NCBI GenBank assembly: GCA_963790825.1
Contig: CAWBPM010000002.1
Location: 551,159-615,158 of the forward strand
From: Candidatus Levyibacteriota bacterium
GTDB lineage: Bacteria > Patescibacteriota > Microgenomatia > Levybacterales > UBA12049
Length of the DNA: 64,000 bases
Reading direction: 5' to 3'
Shown here: positions 40,708 through 49,777 of the stretch, one piece after another
Layout: every line of letters begins with the position of its first letter
Position numbering within the stretch: the first letter of the stretch is position 1
Position numbers and translations under genes: made by a program
The notes under the pieces: generated by a model
Databases searched by the model: none
What the model was told of the DNA's origin: nothing
Seen by the model: only the letters and a program-made list of their open reading frames with translations

Positions 40708-41307
40708 CTAGTGCTTAGAATTTAGGATTTTTCTACATTCTATCTTAGTAATCCTAGATGCCTCTCTCTGTTTTTTGGAGTTTCTGATAGTCTTTTGGTA
40801 GAACTCTTTTGACAATAGCTTCGCGTAATTATCGACTTTCTGAATAAACTCAACTCCCAGTAAATGATCATACTCATGTTGGATTATTCGAGCGAGTAAC
40901 CCATCGCAGGTTAAAGAAAATTTCTTCCCTTTTTCATTAAATGCTTCCACAGTTATTCTCTTCGGGCGGAGCACCGGACCAAATAGACTGCCACTAATCA
41001 CGCTTCCGCAGCCTTCATAGATAATTGACTTTTCGTTTGAAAAAGAAGTAATTTTGGGATTGATAAATACCCGGCACATATCTTTTTTTCCCAGTTTTCT
41101 TGCACTGGTCGTTCTAGCATGCGTAACAAACACCAAATAATTTTCGCCAATTTGTGGCGCAGCAATACCCACCAGTTCCGTATCGTACATCGTATCAATT
41201 AAATTTGTAATAAGTTTTTTAATTTCAGGCGAAGAAAAATCGCTGACTCTTCGATTTGGAGCCCGTAATGCAGGATGACCAAGATAAACAACTCTTCTGA
41301 CTGCCAT
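40708..41307 (-). CDS. def: peptide deformylase
   Basis: GIAAPQIG, EGCGSV and QHEYDHLLG are the three PDF motifs. Confidence 0.9.
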   Translation of the reverse strand: MAVRRVVYLGHPALRAPNRRVSDFSSPEIKKLITNLIDTMYDTELVGIAAPQIGENYLVFVTHARTTSARKLGKKDMCRVFINPKITSFSNEKSIIYEGCGSVISGSLFGPVLRPKRITVEAFNEKGKKFSLTCDGLLARIIQHEYDHLLGVEFIQKVDNYAKLLSKEFYQKTIRNSKKQREASRITKIECRKILNSKH

Positions 41308-41328
41308 TTGAGCAATTATAGCACAAGC

Positions 41329-42009
41329 CTAGTGGTCGATTTCCGGATATTCTCTTTGAATAAGACTTCTGAGTAAATCCAATCTCTCTTGTGGTCTATA
41401 TTTATTAAGAAGTGCCAATGGACGTCCTGAATGAGAACTCAATTGGAATTTTGAAACTGCACGCTGATAGCTCTTATCCCCTGCTTCATATTCACTTCCC
41501 ATAAACTGTAAAGGTAAATCGATATCTATTCTTACTGTCGATATTTTCCCTCTATCTTCCTTTGGCAATGCTCGGGACAGCTCTACCATATACAATCCTC
41601 TTCTCAAGGTAGTAATAATTTCTGCGGGAAGATTATCATCATCATGCGAAGGATTATCAATCAACATTGATCCGTCTCGCTGCGGAATATAGTATACTTC
41701 TCTAGGTCTAGCGTTAACAGCACCTGAATTTATCCCTTTTTCCGCACGAAGAAAAATACCAAATGGAAACTTAATCCAATTAATATCATACGTATCAATA
41801 AACGCAGAAGTTATGAGAGAATAATATCTGTCTACCGGTACTGTAGGACGGGTAACCCGAATTGTTGAACGACCTCCGTTTAAGAAAAGCTCAACTGACT
41901 GTATATCAGGATTTTCAGTTTCATATCTTCTAAACTCAGAAATCGTAAATCCAGAATCTGGAATACGAGCAGGTTGATTTTCTTGTACCATATGCAAGGA
42001 GTATAGCAA
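41329..42009 (-). CDS. hypothetical protein (operon with def)
   Basis: 226-aa ORF. Confidence 0.5.
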   Translation of the reverse strand: MLYSLHMVQENQPARIPDSGFTISEFRRYETENPDIQSVELFLNGGRSTIRVTRPTVPVDRYYSLITSAFIDTYDINWIKFPFGIFLRAEKGINSGAVNARPREVYYIPQRDGSMLIDNPSHDDDNLPAEIITTLRRGLYMVELSRALPKEDRGKISTVRIDIDLPLQFMGSEYEAGDKSYQRAVSKFQLSSHSGRPLALLNKYRPQERLDLLRSLIQREYPEIDH

Positions 42010-42063
42010 TTATGATTGTAATAATCAACTATAGGTTGTTTTGTGGGGTTTCTATTGAAGAGC

Positions 42064-42375
42064 TTATTTTCTTTTTCGCGGTATTCCTCTTCGAGGTTTT
42101 GGTTGTGCTTCACGAAGTGTTGCGTTCCAAACGCCACAATTAATTCCCTCCATAAACGCACCTAAAACAAACGCAGAAATTTCTTTTTTTCTTTCATCTC
42201 CGGTTCTGTCAAATTCATCGAGAGCTTTCTTTGCTAACTGATCCAAACCACCTACCATTGTTTGATACACTCCCGCAGTGGCCGGGCTGGCATACATAAC
42301 ACCATGTCTCCTCCTTGGTTTTCTTGCTTCCTCCCCAAGATCTGTCTTGATTTTTTCCATTTTTATGATAATCAA
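42064..42375 (-). CDS. hypothetical protein
   Basis: 103 aa with a basic C-terminus. Confidence 0.45.
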   Translation of the reverse strand: MIIIKMEKIKTDLGEEARKPRRRHGVMYASPATAGVYQTMVGGLDQLAKKALDEFDRTGDERKKEISAFVLGAFMEGINCGVWNATLREAQPKPRRGIPRKRK

Positions 42376-42581
42376 CCTCTACGCATCTCTTCTAATGTTT
42401 TACGAAGTCGTGACCTTGATTTCGCAACAAGATGTTCCAGTTGTGGATTGCCGCCCAAGCTTTGACTTATCTCGACTGCTTCTTGTTGCACCCGGGCTGT
42501 TCGCATTGCAGCCAGTGATTCTTTTATTCGCACTCTGTTTGTTTCACTAAGATTAATTGGTTTTTCTGCTTCAACACTCAT
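42372..42581 (-). CDS. hypothetical small protein
   Basis: 69 aa. 4-bp overlap with the downstream gene. Confidence 0.4.
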   Translation of the reverse strand: MSVEAEKPINLSETNRVRIKESLAAMRTARVQQEAVEISQSLGGNPQLEHLVAKSRSRLRKTLEEMRRG

Positions 42582-42694
42582 AGCATTTTTCTTCTGGCAG
42601 AATTATATAATATTGTTATTCTATTTACAATGATCTTAAGTTCGATAGGAAAAATTGATGAATCAGGACAAATAGGGTAAAATAGATATTCTGT

Positions 42695-44113
42695 ATGAAA
42701 AAGTTCCTGGCAGCTTTTATTATTATAGTTTTTATTGTCTTTTTGATTGTCCACACGTGGGTAAAAGGCATCCAAACCAAAATTTTTATTCCCCAGAAAA
42801 CTACAGCAGCCTCGGCTCCGTCTCTTGCCAATACTTTCCAAAGCAATACACCGTTTAATTTGGTCTTACTCGGCTACGGCGGCGGAAATCATGACGGAGC
42901 ATATCTAACTGACTCGATTATTGTTCTCCACATTGACCCAATGCAAAAAAAGATTACGCTTATTTCTGTTCCCCGCGATATTTGGACGAAAATTCCGACA
43001 TCCATGACAAGTGGTACATACATGAAGATAAATGCAGCCTACGAGGTAGGCTTAGACAATGATACCTATCCAAATAAAGCACCGGAATATCAAGAAGCGG
43101 ATGGCGGCGGGCACTTGGCAGAGTATGTAATCGGACAAGTTATTGGTCTTCCGATTCATAATTTCGTTGGCATGGATTTTACCGGATTTGAAAAAACTAT
43201 CGATACTTTGGGGGGCGTGGATATTAATGTTGAAACAGCCTTTAATGACAATCAATATCCGATAGAAGGAAACGAAGATAATACCTGCGGCAGGAGCGAT
43301 ACAGACATAGCAACACTTTCGGCAGCGCTTGCCAGTCCTTCAGCGACAATTACCGAGCTTGATGCGTTTCCTTGCCGGTATGAGGATCTTCACTTTGCTC
43401 AGGGTTTACAACACATGGACGGCGCTACTGCCCTGAAGTATGTTCGCTCCCGCCATTCCGTGCAGGACGGGACAGATTTTGGCAGGTCGAAAAGGCAAAG
43501 GAACTTGCTCGTAGCCGTAAAGGAGAAAATCATGTCTATCGGCTTTTTACCCAAAGCGATTCCTTTTATCTCATCCTTGCAAGATGACCTGCAGACCGAT
43601 CTTACACCTGACGATGTCAGCATTCTTATCGAAAGAGCAAATGATTTAAATAAATATTCTATTCAAAATCTGGCAATTACAGATCAGAATTTTCTTGTGG
43701 ATTCTTTTTCTCAGGACAACCAAGCAGTTCTTATAGCGAAAGCCGGACAGGATAACTGGACACAGATTCATAACTGGATACAATCTTATATCGATCCGAA
43801 TTACACTATTTCCAATCCCATTATTCAAATTGAGAATGGCACCGGGACTTCGGGACTTGCCGAAATAGCAAGTAAGGAAGTAAGCAAAGAGGGATACACT
43901 GTTTTAGATCCGACTACTGCAGCAATAAAACAGGATAAAACAACGATAACAGTTTTTAAGCGGAAAATTGATAAAAAAGTCTTGACTAAATTAGAATCAG
44001 AATTTTCAGTGAAAGATATCCAAACAGGATCATCAGGAGATCAAAACTACGATATCTTGATTACACTGGGCAATTATTACACTTCGCAAGCAAAAAGTAC
44101 CATAAGCAAATAA
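42695..44113 (+). CDS. LytR-CpsA-Psr (LCP) family protein
   Basis: TDSIIVLHIDP...LISVPRD LCP core, plus a C-terminal LytR_C-like domain. Confidence 0.8.
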   Translation: MKKFLAAFIIIVFIVFLIVHTWVKGIQTKIFIPQKTTAASAPSLANTFQSNTPFNLVLLGYGGGNHDGAYLTDSIIVLHIDPMQKKITLISVPRDIWTKIPTSMTSGTYMKINAAYEVGLDNDTYPNKAPEYQEADGGGHLAEYVIGQVIGLPIHNFVGMDFTGFEKTIDTLGGVDINVETAFNDNQYPIEGNEDNTCGRSDTDIATLSAALASPSATITELDAFPCRYEDLHFAQGLQHMDGATALKYVRSRHSVQDGTDFGRSKRQRNLLVAVKEKIMSIGFLPKAIPFISSLQDDLQTDLTPDDVSILIERANDLNKYSIQNLAITDQNFLVDSFSQDNQAVLIAKAGQDNWTQIHNWIQSYIDPNYTISNPIIQIENGTGTSGLAEIASKEVSKEGYTVLDPTTAAIKQDKTTITVFKRKIDKKVLTKLESEFSVKDIQTGSSGDQNYDILITLGNYYTSQAKSTISK

Positions 44114-44266
44114 CACTTTACCCATCTGCCATCTTTATTGTTCATATAACCAATTATAATTCGTAATCTATAAGTTCCCCACGCATTCAACCAGATTAAA
44201 TAGGAGCCAATAAAAAGGAACCACATCACCCGAATAGGACAATAGACCTTCTGGTATAATAAATTC

Positions 44267-44614
44267 ATGAAAAAGAAGTTTAAGAAATATAGATTTTTTA
44301 ATTTACCGAATAAATTCACTCCTTTAGAACAGTATTTTTATTACTTAAAAGAGCTTGATGTAATTCCGAATAAAATCCCATCTAAAATTATAGAAAAAAT
44401 ATTTATAAATATATCTAAGGATTATTTAGAAGGATATTTAGATTACAATCTTTATTCATTTTTAATAGAAAATTTATATAGTAACTATATGTTAGGCACC
44501 ATTAACATAGACAAAAACATAGAAAATCTTATCGACGTAATAGTAGGAGATGAAGAAAACGAAAAAGAAGAAAATGTTAAGAAAAGACTTAAAAGCACAA
44601 AGATCAAATTCTAA
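44267..44614 (+). CDS. hypothetical Lys/Asn/Ile-rich protein in a strongly AT-rich segment
   Basis: ORF only. Composition is atypical. Confidence 0.3.
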   Translation: MKKKFKKYRFFNLPNKFTPLEQYFYYLKELDVIPNKIPSKIIEKIFINISKDYLEGYLDYNLYSFLIENLYSNYMLGTINIDKNIENLIDVIVGDEENEKEENVKKRLKSTKIKF

Positions 44615-44639
44615 CTAAATAAGCTTAAAAAGTTAACTA

Positions 44640-45650
44640 TTAGTACGGGCTAAACTCGTTTTGCTGGAGCCAATCGAGAAGAAATGCTCCCGTTCTTCTG
44701 CTCGGACGAAGCCGAAAGAGAAAATAACGGTTACCGAGAGTTTGCTCTACGCCGGGAACAGTTGAAACAGATGTCGTAAATCCGGCATCTTTTACCACGT
44801 CAACAGCCTGCTCATCAAACGAACCATTCGGATACGCGAATGAAACCACATGAATATGATACTTATCTTCCAGCATGGTTTTACTTGTATCAACTTCATA
44901 TTTAACTTCGGAAAGTGGTAGTCCTTTGAGGGAAATATGATGAACTGTATGGGCACCAATATCGACAAGTCCGCTATCCCGAACTGCTTCTATCTCCTGC
45001 TTGGTCATGAAATCAGATCCACCAATGAAGCCTGGGATAATATACGCGGTTGCTTTTACGTGATATTTTTTCAGGATTGGCAGAACATCTGAATAAAAAT
45101 CCCAATGTCCGTCGTCAAAGGTAAGGAGAATCGGATTATTTGGTAATGCTATTTTCCCGTCAAGTACGTCTCCGAGCTCCTTGGCTGTCATAAATGTATA
45201 CCCACCATCACGAAGAGTTTTTATCTGAGATTCAAAAATATCCGGATCAACATTGAGAGACTGTCGGATTGTATCCCTCTTGTCTTGTACATATTCGACG
45301 TAATGATACATGAGAATCGGAACACGAAGAACTGCTGTAGGAGTAATCTCCGCTAATTTCCGTTTTATTTCTCTTGGAAGACGTTTTACTTCCGATCTTA
45401 ACGTTTCCACGACCGGTTTCGGATTCTCCCGTCCGGAGAATGCCCTGAACAAAAAGAATGAGATACCTGTCAAAACAATAAGTACAACCAGAAGAATCGG
45501 CAAGTATTTTTTATACTTTCTATACCTGGAAATCTTTTTAACCTTTAATCTTTTGCTATTTTTTGTACTTTTTTTACTTTTTTTTACAATTTTCTTTTTC
45601 ATGGAAAAAACGGGTAGGCATAGCATAAAATACTTGAGGCTATTTTGCAA
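44640..45650 (-). CDS. polysaccharide deacetylase (CE4/NodB-homology)
   Basis: TFDDGHWD, HTVHH and AYPNG motifs. Confidence 0.8.
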   Translation of the reverse strand: MQNSLKYFMLCLPVFSMKKKIVKKSKKSTKNSKRLKVKKISRYRKYKKYLPILLVVLIVLTGISFFLFRAFSGRENPKPVVETLRSEVKRLPREIKRKLAEITPTAVLRVPILMYHYVEYVQDKRDTIRQSLNVDPDIFESQIKTLRDGGYTFMTAKELGDVLDGKIALPNNPILLTFDDGHWDFYSDVLPILKKYHVKATAYIIPGFIGGSDFMTKQEIEAVRDSGLVDIGAHTVHHISLKGLPLSEVKYEVDTSKTMLEDKYHIHVVSFAYPNGSFDEQAVDVVKDAGFTTSVSTVPGVEQTLGNRYFLFRLRPSRRTGAFLLDWLQQNEFSPY

Positions 45651-45709
45651 GAAGCATTCTCGACCTTTAAGCGTTTTCTAATCAATCTTTATCCAGGGTT
45701 TATGTTGTT

Positions 45710-46015
45710 TTAATACCAACCTTTATCAGGGAGATTTACCGGGGATTCGCCAGGCTTTGGCTTGATATACACCAGTCTTCCCATAACACCCTCCACAATG
45801 GCTTTAACAAAAGGCACGTCTCTATGCGCCGTATCTTTGGGAAGAATACTGGCAGGAACAAATAAGGGAGTCTTTTCGCCTTTTTGATTAATCAGTAAGC
45901 CACCTTCCCTGAAATATATAGTCGCCGGGAATACGTTTTCTAACAAATCCCTATCTGCATGGGAATCAGCAGAATTATAAACAGCAGTTTTTTCAATGCC
46001 GATGAAGGAAACCAC
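45710..46015 (-). CDS. hypothetical protein (possibly the 3' part of a frameshifted gene, with 45940..46173)
   Basis: Two overlapping ORFs on the same strand in different frames. Confidence 0.35.
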   Translation of the reverse strand: MVSFIGIEKTAVYNSADSHADRDLLENVFPATIYFREGGLLINQKGEKTPLFVPASILPKDTAHRDVPFVKAIVEGVMGRLVYIKPKPGESPVNLPDKGWY

Positions 46016-46277
46016 CCTGTTGCTTGTTCATTCGCTCCCCACTCCAGTTTGCTGGGAGTAGAAACTTGCGAACCATATTCATTAAATCCTGTCAATGGCG
46101 AGATTTCAAGTTTTGGGTCTATACCCTTACAAGGAATCAATTTCCAGGTTGGTATTTTAAATTCTTTTGCCATAATAGGTGTTAATTATATATAGGAATT
46201 TTTGCTTGTCAATATTAGTGAGTAAATCTAAGATGAGTAGTTAGACAATTATTTTTCTAACCTGTATACTGGTAAAT

Positions 46278-47081
46278 GTGTCTATGGACGATGCGATTGT
46301 TCAGGTTACTAATTTAACGAAAAAATTTAAAGAATTTACTGCGGTTGATAATATTTCTTTTTCAGTACCAAGGGGGGAAATCTTCGCCTTTTTAGGACCA
46401 AACGGAGCCGGAAAAACCACGACTATTAAAATGCTGACGACGCTCCTTGTCCCGACTTTTGGAACAATTCTCGTTAACGGTTATAACGCGGTCACACAGC
46501 AGCATAATGTACGGAAATCGTTTGGCATTGTTTTCCAGGATCCAAGCCTCGAAGATGAGCTAACTACCTTCGAAAATATGGAATTTCACGGGGTACTGTA
46601 CAGTATCCCAAAAATTGAAAGAAGAAAAAGGATTCAGGAATTATTAACATTCGTAGAACTTTGGGAAAGAAAAGACAGTTTAGTGAAGACGTTTTCAGGC
46701 GGCATGAAACGTCGTCTTGAGATTGCCAGAGGACTTCTCCATCATCCGAAAATATTTTTTCTTGACGAACCGACGCAAGGACTTGATCCGCAAACACGAA
46801 ATCATATTTGGACATATCTTCGAGATTTAAGTAAAGATGAAGGTATTACGATCTTTTTTACGACACATTATTTGGAAGAAGCGGAAGAATACGCCGGCAG
46901 GATAGCGATTATGGATCATGGACACATTGTGGCTGAAGGAACTGTTGCAACACTTTTGCAACAAACTAAAAAAGAAACGCTTGAAGAGGCATTCCTTACG
47001 CTTACCGGCAGCGATATTAGGGACGAAGGCGCAAGCGGCTTAGAAATGATGCGAAGACACAGACAAATGCGGGGAAGATGA
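46278..47081 (+). CDS. ABC transporter ATP-binding protein (ABC-2 type)
   Basis: Walker A GPNGAGKTT. Signature FSGGMKRRLEIA. Walker B FFLDEPT. Confidence 0.9.
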   Translation: MSMDDAIVQVTNLTKKFKEFTAVDNISFSVPRGEIFAFLGPNGAGKTTTIKMLTTLLVPTFGTILVNGYNAVTQQHNVRKSFGIVFQDPSLEDELTTFENMEFHGVLYSIPKIERRKRIQELLTFVELWERKDSLVKTFSGGMKRRLEIARGLLHHPKIFFLDEPTQGLDPQTRNHIWTYLRDLSKDEGITIFFTTHYLEEAEEYAGRIAIMDHGHIVAEGTVATLLQQTKKETLEEAFLTLTGSDIRDEGASGLEMMRRHRQMRGR

Positions 47082-47188
47082 AAGTAATTCAGAATTTAAA
47101 ATTCATGGTTCAGAATAAATTGAGAAATTTTTTAATTCTTCGTTCTAAATTGAATTTTGAATTTTAAACTCTAGATTCTAAATTCTTT

Positions 47189-47932
47189 ATGAATGCTATT
47201 TATATACTTTGGCTTCGGGAATTGAAACGGTACTACCGTTCCCGTTCCCGTATGATCGGCTCTTTAGGACAGCCGTTGTTATTTTTATTGGCGCTTGGCT
47301 TCGGTCTTGGCCCGGTTTTTCAAAAAGCAGGGCAAGGTAGCTATTTTCAATTTCTAGGCCCTGGCGTTATCTGCATGAGTATTCTTTTTACCGCAATTTT
47401 CTCAGGGATTCAAGTTATTTGGGATAAACAATTTGGATTTCTGAAAGAAACACTTGTGGCTCCGGTTCCCAGGCTTAATATTATGCTAGGGAAAACACTT
47501 GGAGGTGCAACTATCGCGACGTTTCAGGGAATTGTTGTTTTTTTTCTGGCAGTTCTCTTCGGTTTTCATCCGGAGTTGTCGCTTATTCCCCTGACTCTTC
47601 TCTATATGCTTCTCACCGCAGTCTTTTTCACCGGACTTGGTATTACAATCGCCTCGCTCCTTGAAGACATCAACGGATTTCAAATTATTATGAATTTTTT
47701 AGTTCAGCCATTATTTTTTCTTTCCGGAGCACTCTTTCCACTTGGCAATTTACCAAAAGTTATCGATATTGTCACGTCGTTTGATCCACTGACCTATGGG
47801 GTTGACGGCATTCGCGGTAGCCTGACTGGTATTACTCATTTCGGACTCACTTTTGATCTCGGAATTTTGCTTGTTCTCACTATATGTATTTTAACAATCG
47901 GCGCATATTTCTTCTCCAAGATACAAATCTAA
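47189..47932 (+). CDS. ABC-2 family transporter permease
   Basis: Six-helix permease directly downstream of the ATPase. Confidence 0.8.
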   Translation: MNAIYILWLRELKRYYRSRSRMIGSLGQPLLFLLALGFGLGPVFQKAGQGSYFQFLGPGVICMSILFTAIFSGIQVIWDKQFGFLKETLVAPVPRLNIMLGKTLGGATIATFQGIVVFFLAVLFGFHPELSLIPLTLLYMLLTAVFFTGLGITIASLLEDINGFQIIMNFLVQPLFFLSGALFPLGNLPKVIDIVTSFDPLTYGVDGIRGSLTGITHFGLTFDLGILLVLTICILTIGAYFFSKIQI

Positions 47933-48006
47933 TATTTATTATTCTGCAAAAACCCGAAGCTTGATATTCTATTTTCTTCGAATACTATTTTTACTATAAT
48001 ATACCG

Positions 48007-48930
48007 ATGATAAGAACTGATAAGATTTTACAGCAGAAAATTGCCAGAATAAAAAAAGTATTTAATGTTGAGCAAATAAGATCCTTAAAAACTGATGATA
48101 ATTATGTAAAGCGCTATTACAAAGTTAATCAACTAACTTATTCTCTTTTTCATACATTATCAGACAGGATGTATATGGGTGTTAGCAGAGATGGCGTGTA
48201 TAAACCGAGTGACCTGCTTGAAGCTGCAAGAGTTGTTGAGAAATATAGTAAAAAGTTGAAAGCGAAACGCGTTTTGGAGATTGCCACCGGACGAGGCGCA
48301 ACATCAGCTTACCTGGCGGAAAAGTATCCTGATATGATTTTTGACGGCATAGACATATCGCCCGGGCAATTGTATTTTGCTTATAAAAAAGCGAGGAGAT
48401 TTACCAATTATCATCCACGGGAAGGAGATTATCACGACCTGTCCACCTATCCGTCAAATAATTTTGATATCGTATTTGAGATAGAAGCAGTCTGTTACAG
48501 TCAAAGGAAAGAAAAAGTATTTTTAGAAGTGAATCGGGTACTTAAAAAAGGTGGCGTGTTTATCTTGCTTGACGGGTATCTCGCAGTTCCCCGCCCTAAG
48601 CTTACCGGTGAAGAGCTTCTGGCAACACAAATTACTGAGAAAGGTATGGCAGTACCGGAATTTGAACTATATACAGAAGTACTTGGTATTGCTAAAAAGA
48701 CAGGCTTTAGCGTACTAGAAAGTGAAGATGTCTCACAATATATTATGTCTACACTCAAACGCTTTGCAAGAATATCCAAAATCTTTTTCGCTATTCCGCC
48801 GCTTGCAAGAGCAACAGTGAAAGTTTTGCCTTTGCCGGCTACGGCAAATACAATTGCCGGTTATTTAATGCCGGATTTTATTAGGCTAAATCTCGGCTGT
48901 TACTATATAACAGTGCTCAGGAAGGATTAA
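48007..48930 (+). CDS. class I SAM-dependent methyltransferase
   Basis: Motif I VLEIATGRG, followed by FDGIDIS. Confidence 0.75.
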   Translation: MIRTDKILQQKIARIKKVFNVEQIRSLKTDDNYVKRYYKVNQLTYSLFHTLSDRMYMGVSRDGVYKPSDLLEAARVVEKYSKKLKAKRVLEIATGRGATSAYLAEKYPDMIFDGIDISPGQLYFAYKKARRFTNYHPREGDYHDLSTYPSNNFDIVFEIEAVCYSQRKEKVFLEVNRVLKKGGVFILLDGYLAVPRPKLTGEELLATQITEKGMAVPEFELYTEVLGIAKKTGFSVLESEDVSQYIMSTLKRFARISKIFFAIPPLARATVKVLPLPATANTIAGYLMPDFIRLNLGCYYITVLRKD

Positions 48931-48957
48931 ATTCGTAAGTCATAGTGAAAGATTATT

Positions 48958-49410
48958 TCAGTATCGGTATTTGTTAAAAAATGCCTGATATTTTGCTAAA
49001 GACATCTGCACGCCGGAATGTAAGGGTTGAGGTAGATTGTCGAGTCTAAAAATTCCGATCTCGCTGAATTTGTTTGGCTCTGTGATGTGGGCTTTATGTA
49101 TATCTACTTTGACAAAAAATGGTATTGCCAACCAGTGCGTTTGCGTGTTGTGAATCCGTAATATTGAATGTGCAGGTAATTGTTCTTGAATCTCGCCACT
49201 TACACCGTATTCTTCCTTAAGTTCCCGAAGTAAACCTGCTTCTACCTCTTCGCCGAATTGCAATTGGCCTGCGCCAAAATCCCATCTGCCTTTTTCGTCC
49301 CGTGTATTTTCACTTCTTTTATGAAGAATAAAATTTCCTTTTCCGTCATTGCAATAAAAAGGCGTCGTGATACCAATATAATCAATCCCCGCTCGAAGTA
49401 TTTCTGCCAT
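48958..49410 (-). CDS. NUDIX hydrolase
   Basis: Nudix box GAGQLQFGEEVEAGLLRELKEEYGV. Confidence 0.75.
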   Translation of the reverse strand: MAEILRAGIDYIGITTPFYCNDGKGNFILHKRSENTRDEKGRWDFGAGQLQFGEEVEAGLLRELKEEYGVSGEIQEQLPAHSILRIHNTQTHWLAIPFFVKVDIHKAHITEPNKFSEIGIFRLDNLPQPLHSGVQMSLAKYQAFFNKYRY

Positions 49411-49476
49411 AGATCAGATAGCAGTATAACAAGTCTTTAGGCAAAATTCCAGAGAGAGATTTTCACTAAAACTATT

Positions 49477-49644
49477 TTATTTCTTCATCGAGTCCCAGAC
49501 GACTGCGACCACCATCAGAAGTAACCCAAGCCATACCAAGCCGAGTCCCGGGAAAAGTGCAACGAGTAATATCCCAAGTCCTAATCCAAACAAACTATGC
49601 ATCAAAACATGCTCTGTAAAACAGGCTTTCATTTTTTTATCCAT
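49477..49644 (-). CDS. small membrane protein
   Basis: 56 aa (MDKKMKACFTEHVLMHSLFGLGLGILLVALFPGLGLVWLGLLLMVVAVVWDSMKK). GGAGGTGA Shine-Dalgarno motif upstream. Confidence 0.4.
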   Translation of the reverse strand: MDKKMKACFTEHVLMHSLFGLGLGILLVALFPGLGLVWLGLLLMVVAVVWDSMKK

Positions 49645-49777
49645 TTGTATCACCTCCTATCTATTTAAATAGTGTCATTCGGTAAGTAAGCTGTCAATAG
49701 CTAAGTTTTTTTGTCTTTACTGACAAATTCCCATAATAAAGATAGAAAATTTACTAAAAATCATCTATGCTTATTCT

